Below are positions 55,901 to 64,000 of a stretch of DNA of 64,000 nt, piece by piece (the first letter of the stretch is position 1; each line of letters begins with the position of its first letter). The stretch comes from Guillardia theta CCMP2712 (lineage: Eukaryota > Protista > Cryptophyta): contig NW_005434660.1 in the NCBI RefSeq assembly GCF_000315625.1, positions 420,711 to 484,710 on the forward strand. The letters are read 5' to 3'. Below the pieces are notes generated by a model. It was not told the origin of the DNA, made no database searches, and saw only the letters and a list, made by a program, of their open reading frames with translations. The position numbers and the translations under genes were made by a program.

Positions 55901-58900
55901 AATACCAGGTGTTCCTTGTCTTAAAATCGTTGGAGGAGGATCATGAATTTCTCGATTACTGGATATGATCAACTTTTCGAGGAATTTCAAGTGCCCCAGC
56001 TGTACTGGAAGGCTTTGCAGCTCGTTGTGCTCCAAAGAAAGGAATAGCAACTTCTCGATCTGACCTATCTCGCGTGGCAGCCCTTGCAGTAGATTGTGAG
56101 ACAGGTTTAGTTTCTCGAGATTGCTCAGGTTGCCAATGGCCGGCAACACAACCCGCAGCTTGTTGTTGGACATATCTAACGAGACAAGCCGACTTAAACT
56201 TCCGATGAAACTGGGCATCTCTTCTAAAGAGTTGTGATCCAACTGAAGGAATCTCAAGTTCTGAAGGTTCGCAAGTTCGTGCGGAGTATCATTCAACTTG
56301 TTGTAAGACAAAGTCAATCTCGTAAGTGAAGTACACAATCCAAGTTCCGACGGGAGATGGTGAATGGCATTGTCCTCGAGATTGAACTCCAGCAACTGTT
56401 GAAGCTTCATTATTTCAGGGGGCAACGTAGGTACCTGGTTGTTAACCATTTGCAAATCGGTCAAATTTGTCAGATTGCAGACTTCCTGAGGAAAGTTCTT
56501 GAATTGGTCGGCATTCAGTTCGAGGCGACAGGTCCTTCGAGATTCGAAAATTTTCTGCAAATAATCAAGAATTTTCGACACCCCTTGAACCATCACGTCC
56601 TCCGGTGGAGAGATTAAAGGATTGTGATCTAAATCCAAAATCTTCAGGGATCTGAGAAATCCCAATTCAGGGTTGAGCAGCGAAATCTGATTATTCCTCA
56701 AACTCATTTGTTTCAGATTTCTGAGCTGGCCGAGTCGTTCAGGAAGGGCGATGAGCTCATTATTGAACAATTGCAACTCTTCCAACTCAAGAAGATCTCC
56801 AACGGAGGGAGGCAAGATGGCTAGTTGATTATCATTTAGAAAAAGCTTTTTCAACCCCTGAAAATTTCCAATACCTGATGGAATCATTTGCAACATGTTT
56901 CCTGCTAGTGACAGCTCAGTTAAGTTCGTCAACAGCAAAACATCAGTTGGAATGGTGTGAAGAGACATGTTGCTCAGATCGAGACGTCCCGTACTTGAAG
57001 CATTATAAATCTGGACCAAGTATTCCAGAACCACTGATGTTCCTCTCTCAATCAATTCCTTGGGGGGAGACTCCAATTCGTTATTTTCAAGTGAGAGGAC
57101 TGTGAGGTTTGTGAGAAGTCCAACTTCTGATCTAACATGTACCAGTTTGTTCTCCGACAATCCTAATACTTCAAGTTGGGTCAAAGAGAGTATTGACTCT
57201 GGCAAGATCTCGAGAAGATTGTCATCCAATAAGAGCTCCTTCAGATGTGTCAAAAGCCTGAGATCATCTGGAATTCTTCCAAGTTTGTTGCTACACAGCG
57301 CCAAGGAAGTCAAATTTGGCATCTCAAAAACTTCTGGAGGTACTCTGCTCAGTCCCATATCAGACAAGTTCAAAGCGGCTGTCTGCTTGCCCATCAGAAA
57401 ACGATACAAATACTCAACAATCTTTTCACACCCTCCATTCAATATTTCTGGCGGGGGCATTGAAATCGGATTCTGCGATACATCCAACTCTCTCAAACTG
57501 GACAAAACACCAAGCTCGTAGGGAAGTTTTCGAATTTGGTTCTTCGCAAGATGTAGAATGTCAAGGGTAGTTAGCTGGCTAATGATTTCTGGAATCGATG
57601 ATAGCTGATTGTTAGAAAATCGCAACTCGGTGAGCTTATACAAATATCCGACTGATTCAGGAAATTTTTCGAAAAGATTCTCTCCCATTCTCAAATCTGT
57701 CAGGCTGCTGAGGTTTCCAAATGAGTCAGGTAGTGTGGAAAAGCTGTTGTGTTCCGCCCAGAATTCCAACAAAGAGCTGAGATTACCAATCGATTCAGGC
57801 AAAAGATGCAGTTTGTTGTTGTCCAAATGTAGATACTCCAAACTCGGCAAGCATGAAAAGTCAATGTCCAGCTTTTGCAAAGAATTGTGGGACAACGAGA
57901 GTGTATGGAGGTCACTGAGTTTCTCAACAGCTCGCGGAATGCTCTCCAGTTCATTCTTGGTAGCCAGCAGCTCCCTCAAACTTGTCAGGTTTTTAATGTC
58001 CTCGGGGATGCACCGGATTTTGTTCTGAAACAGATTCAGTTTCGTTGCATTCACAAGATTTGTAACTTCCATTGGAATGATTGAAAGGTCAAGACAACTC
58101 AGATCAATCACTCCTGTTTGCTTGGCCTCCTTTATTCGCCTGAGATACTCCAGGATCAGCGACATTCCCCTCTCTACAATTTCTTTCGGTGGTGAACGCA
58201 GTTGAAAATTTTGGTCCAAATTTAGCAGTTCCAGATGAATGCAATCTCCCAATTCTACTGGCAGCGTAACTAAGTTGTTACCTGATAGGTTGAGATTATG
58301 AAGGGAGGTCAACTGCCCAATGGTGGCCGGAAGAATTAGGACATGATTGTTTGACACTGACAATTCCTTGAGCATTTTCAAGTTGGACACCGCATCCGGT
58401 ATTGTGTCAATATTGTTATGATCCAAGTTCAAATAAGTCAATGAAGTCATCAAGCACACCTCATTCGGTAGAATGCTAAGTTCAAGTCCACTGAGGTCCA
58501 AGTGTCCCGAGAGAGATCCCTCCCACAAACGTCGCAGGAAGGCAATCACTGACGAGCTTCCCTTGCTCTGGATTGAGAGCGGGGGAGATTCGAGTTGGTT
58601 ATCTTCAAAGACGATGGAGTTGAAGCTTTCCAGGCTTCCAAGAATAGATGGGAGCTCCTTCAGGCGGTTGGACGAGATGTTCAAGTGCTGCAAGCATTTC
58701 AGCATTCCAATGGTGCTCTCGATGTGCTGAATCTTGTTCTCGGCCAGGTGCAATGATTCGATGTGCGTCAGCTCAAAGATTTCTTCAGGAATCTTCATCA
58801 GTCCAAACCTTGACAAATCGAGTGATCGAGTTTCTACTGCGGTGCAGAGCCTCCTAAGATATTCCATGATTACACGATGTCCACGTAGAATAATCTCTGG

Positions 58901-61900
58901 TGGAGGGGCAGAGAGCTGAGGATTGTTTTCGATTGACATCGACCGCAGCGACGAGATGAGACCTAAATCAATTGGCAAACGCTCCAGCTTGTTGTTATGC
59001 AAGGACAGCTCGGTCAAATTCGTTAATCCCTTGAATCCGCCAACAAATGTTGGGAGACTTTCTCCAGAAACTTCTTTGGGGAAATTCAATCCACTAGGAA
59101 GCATTTCGAGTTCATTGAAATGTGCCTGGATCCGTGTGAGAGAAGTCATGTACTCGATCTCATTGGGCAAACGTTTCAACTTATTGTTGGAAAGGTTCAG
59201 ATCGACACACTTCTCGAAACTCGCGAATGATTCTGCAGGCAACATGTCTAATGCATTGTTGGCAAGAGAGATCTTCGTTAAGCTTGTCAGTCCGTTGATC
59301 TGATTAGGCAAATAGTTCAAAGCGTTTTCTTCAATCACCAAAGATTGCAAAGCCTCCATTTTCCCAACAGTCTCTGGAATATATTCCAATTCATTCTCGC
59401 TCAAGTTTACTTCAACCATCTTGAGCAGATTTCCGATGTCTCCAGGCAGCGTCTTAATCCGATTGTTGACTAAATACAATCCCTCCAGATTCGTTAGGAA
59501 GATTATTTCAGGAGGTAGTTCTCTTAACATGTTGAAGGAAAGATCGAGCTTTCGAAGGGAAGAAAGCATAGAAATGCTGTCTTCCAAAACAACAATCTTG
59601 TTCCTGCTCATATCAAGATTTGTAAGATGAGGTATAAGAGCCCCCGGTGGCTCATCGCAGAATTTACCGGTTCCTGATAGGAGCTCGACTGGAATGGATT
59701 CCAATGCATCTCCACTCAGATTCAAAGTGCCATCGTCGTATGCCTGAAAGACAGATACAAGATATCTGAGAATACTCGAGATACCCGAATTGAGAATAGA
59801 TTCAGGGGGTGATTCCAATGGGTTGGATTGAAATTGCAACGAAGTCAAGTTCGTTAAAGTGCCTAACCAGACTGGGATCCTCTGAATTTTGTTTCCGCTG
59901 ATTGACAGATTAGTCAAATTTGTGAGATTAGCCATGCCTGCCGGTAAAGTTTCAAGCAGATTGCCACTTACTGAAAGATTAGAAAGTAAGGTGAGGGTTT
60001 GGATTTCGCCTGGCAACTGTCGTAGCTTGTTGTCATTCAAGTTCAGAGATTGTAAGTTCCACAAATCTGTGATATGCAAAGGAAACGCTAATAGACCATT
60101 ATGTCCTAAGTCATCTCGTGAAAAGTTCAAGCTATTTGTTGTACGAGCATTGAATAGTCTTCTCAAATACCCCAGAATTCTGGGAGTTCCTTCTGCAATG
60201 ATTTCTGGTGGTGGAAATAATAATTTTGGTGCATCAAAGGTCAGTTCCTCTAAACTTGTTAAAATTCCTAGCTCCCAAGGCAAATCAACAATATCGTTGC
60301 TTGCCAAGTACAGTTTCTGCAGATTTGAACAAAATCCAATCTCAGCCGGTAGCCTACCATCAGTCTCTGATCCAATCTTATTTCTTGAGAGATCAAGAGA
60401 AACTAAATTCCCGAGAGATCCGACAAGCGTCGGCAGAAGTTTCAGATTATTGCCAGCAAAGTTCAAGACTTGCAAACGAGTCAAGTCAAAAAAAGCGTCA
60501 CAGACGACTCTAAGATGATTATTTTCTAGAGATAAAGATTCGAGATTTTTGAGCATCACAACTTCTTCAGGAATGGCAGGTATTACATTTCCTGCCAGGT
60601 TTAGGTGTTGGACAAAAGAGCTTTCCAACAACTCCGGAGGAAAATGTGTCAAAGCATAGTTTCTAAGATCCAGCGATTTGCTAACCCTTGCATTGAGATA
60701 CCTTCTCACGTATTGAAGTATTTCTCTTCCAGTCAATTTCATTATTTCAGGTGGAGGCGATCTCCAAGGGTTTCCTGAGACCTCAAAAGTTTCCAGAATT
60801 TCGCAATTTCCGATCTCCACTGGCATCACTTCCAATGAATTATTGGTGACAGTTAGAGTCTCGAGCAAAGTCAGTTGGCAAAGGGCTTTTTCGAAAGACT
60901 GAAGCTTATTGCCATCCAATTTCAAATGCTTTAACCGTGTAACTTTCCCTAAGTTCGGTGGAACTTGTTCTAACTTGTTATTCATCGCAGATAGGTTTGT
61001 TAAGAACTTGATTTTTTCGATTTCTGGGGGAAGCTTGAAAAGTGAATTGTTATTTGCATCAAGATATGTCAGATTTATCCAATTCTGTGCACAAGACCCT
61101 GGAATTTCAGTAAGAGAATTGAAAGATACATCCAGTAATTGCATGCTAGTAAGGGTTTTGGCATTCGGTGGTATTGCCTCAATCAGATTGTTTTGTAAAA
61201 ATATTTTCTCGAGCGTATGCGATTTTACGCCTACAAATTCTGGCCATTCAATCAAACCATAATTGCTTAGATCCAAATTTAAAGATTTGCGTGATATGTA
61301 CAAAGCATGCAAATATCTCATGGAAACTTCACTGCCTTCATTCGTTACTTGCTTGGGGGGAAAGACTAAATTGTTTCCATCCAAAAGTATGTTGAGATTT
61401 GTTAACTTCCCAAGATCAGACGGCAAGGCTTGCAATCTGTTATTTGAAACATCTAGTTCTGTCATATCTGCCAGAAGTCCCAATTCTTGAGGCAGCTTTG
61501 AAATCTTATTACTGTTAAGGAGGAAACTTTGCATTTGTCCCTGAGCTTTGATTGTCGAGGGGATCGTGGCTAGATTATTGTTACAGAAGTTAAGAACTTT
61601 TAGCTCTCCAAGATTGGTCATGTTTGAAGAGTATACACTGATTTCATTGCTGTCCAAATTGAGCATTCTCAAAGATAACAATTCCATGACTTCCTCAGGA
61701 ATTTCTTTCAAACGAAACCTACTTAGATCCAGCTCGTGAGATGACCGTGCACTATACATACGACGCAAATAATCAATTACAACTGCGGGTTCTTGCTTTG
61801 TCACATCTGGAGGAGGCCGTTCTAGTTTGTTATTTGCAAAGTCCAAGTCCGTCAACATCGGAAGTGCACCCAATTCATGCGGCAAATTTTTAATGGCGTT

Positions 61901-64000
61901 GAAGCCTAGTTTGATCTGCTTTAAACGAGAGAACAGTTTGATTTCCTCAGGAATGTCTTTAATTCTGTTGAATTCGAGGTTCAAGGAGGTCAGAAGTGTG
62001 AGATTCCGTATTTCGACAAAGTCTAACTTCTTCAAAAGATTGTTTGAAGCGTCTAACTCTGTTAAGCTTGTAAGAACTTGGTTGATCTCCGATGGAATAG
62101 CGCGGAGATCCATTCCATTCAAATCCAAAAATTTTGTTTCCAAACCAGTTGTGAACTTATCCATGTATTCCAAGATCGCTCCAATGCCCTCCTTAACAAT
62201 CTCTACCGGTGGGTCCTTCAAATCGTTTCCACCAATTTGAAGTCTAGTCAATTGTCGAAGATTCCGAAATGTTAGTGGAAGCCTCCTTATCAGATTCGAA
62301 TCAAATGCCAAGAAACTCAAGTCGTTCAGATCTCCAAGCGAATTTGGTAGTGTAGGTATCCTGGAAAGATCGATAGAATCACCACATCGAGAAGAGGCAA
62401 AAAAGAACGGCTTACCTGTTAAATGAGACATTCAAATGATGCAGTTCAGTACACGCTCCTATTTCTGCCGGAAGTTTGTTGATCGAATTATGACTTACAT
62501 CCATATACGTTAAAGCTTGAAGGTTTCCTATTTCAGCTGGCAGCTTTTTAAGCCGATTTCCCGGTACTCTTAGCAATTTCAAAGATTTGAGTGTAGCAAA
62601 ATGATGTGATAATCGGGTCAACTGATTATCTGCCATGGATAATTCTTCCAGACATCCAATTTTTGCAATTGAATGAGGGAAAGCTTGTAACAAATTCTCG
62701 TCTAAATTGAGTCGTTTCAATCTCATACCTTCCAAGTCATCAGGTAAAAACCTGTCAAAAGAGCAGTAAGATCTTCGTTATGGGTTGGAAGATATACTCA
62801 CTTTAGTTTGTTCTTTTGCATCGACAATTCCTCCAAGCTTGTTAGACGACCCAAGCTGCCTTCGGGAACTTCTTTGATACCATTTCCATCTAGATACAAG
62901 ACTCGAAGGAATTCTAATTCAGAAACTTGGGATGATAATTTATCCAATTGATTGGAATTGAGCATTAGAACTTGAAGCGTGCTCATTTGCCCCAACACCT
63001 GCATGGTGATTTAGAAAACCTTTTAAGAAGGAACAGGCATTTCACCGCTGGAAACTTGTTGAAGCTGTTATTATTCAATTCAAGATGTGTGAGTGCAGTG
63101 AGCTCGGCTGATTGATCTGGCAAAGTTCGTAGGGCATTACCATTGAGAATTAATTTCACAATATACGGAACGTGCCATATTTCACCAGGCATTTCTGAAA
63201 CACCAAGTGCGTTAAAGTTCAAGATTTTGGTTTTCTGTGCATATATAAATTTCTGGAGATACTCCTTAATCATTGATGCTCCTTGCTTCACAACTTCAGG
63301 TGGTGGGGACGAGATTGCATTACCAGCAGCATCGAAATCTTCAAGTCGATCAAGCATTGCCAAGGCAAGTGGAAGCCTACGCAGCTTGTTGTCCGCGATC
63401 GATATTTTGCGAAGATCCTTGAGCTGCCCAATCCAATTTGGAATGTCCATGATTTCGTTTGACGAGATTTGGAGCTCTTGCAAGCAAGTCAGCTCCCGAA
63501 TAACCTCAGGCATTCGGAGAAATTTGTTGCTATTGACGCTCAATCGTTCTAAAGTTGGAGCCCACTGAACCAAGTCTTCAGGGAGAACCTTCAAATTGTT
63601 ATCAGACAGTTTCAGCTCTTCTATGTTTGATAGTTCTAAGCATTCGGCAGGAATCTCACTCAGATTCAGATGTCGAAGGTCGAGAATCTTGTCGTTAACA
63701 GCCCTGTGAAGCCTTTGCAGATACTTGATTGATGCTTGCATCCCTTTAGCACGTATCCAGTCTGGTGGCACTTGTAATTCATTATGATCGATCATCAACT
63801 CTCGAAGCATGGTGCATTGTCCAAGAGAATATGGCAACTTAGTCAAGCGGTTTTCAGACAGAGACAGCACAGACAACTGAGTGCAGTTGCCTATCTCCTC
63901 CGGTAGGTCTTCCAACTCATTGTTTTGGATCCATAAAACTGAAAGTTTCTGCAAATTCGAAATTGACGACGGTATTTCCTTGATGTTATTATTATACAGC
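43981..64000 (-). CDS. Giant modular LRR protein (>6500 aa, 5' end outside the window)
   Basis: 5949-aa ORF plus upstream exons (three short introns near 63000, 62780 and 62361-62415) and several small 3' exons ending ...ELWLKGNPIKRIPPEIAQLGNLRVLLLP* (TAG 43981-43983). 23-aa SHOC2-like LRRs throughout, punctuated by 34 NxLxxPPxE(I/V)xxxGxxxIxxYL motifs. Confidence 0.95.

Noticed and set aside
44294-63568. Many plus-strand ORFs of 60-210 aa
   Set aside because: Antisense shadows of the LRR coding sequence, with no domain signal.

Overview
Eukaryotic nuclear DNA: gene-dense, with many short (about 45-60 nt) GT-AG introns and often a CTGAC-like branch point. The style and gene content resemble a cryptophyte alga such as Guillardia theta (inference only). 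I can support about 15 protein genes: a PH + single-domain voltage-gated channel + C2 protein; a C2/(EAERK)17/PDZ protein; a SAM protein; an RWP-RK transcription factor; an active myotubularin; histone H2B; a FAN/NSMAF BEACH protein; an IQ/EF-hand + DIPP-like Nudix fusion; an ankyrin protein; a spastin/fidgetin-type AAA ATPase; erlin; a GNAT-LysM-LysM-bromodomain protein ending in an exact 1500-bp tandem (LRR+bromodomain) array; and the 3' 20 kb of a giant LRR-only protein. Three features stand out. (1) The giant LRR protein (>6500 aa, about 260 LRRs, one 17.6-kb exon) is built from at least 34 self-capped LRR modules whose sizes cycle short/medium/long, giving a ~510-aa super-repeat. (2) The acetyltransferase combines LysM and LRR sensor-type domains with bromodomains and has a very recent internal amplification. 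(3) GC-rich intergenic islands share an exact oriented 13-mer, TACTCAAAGTTAA, plus other short words. No rRNA, tRNA, CRISPR array or transposase was recognised. All gene models were spliced by eye and no database searches were run.
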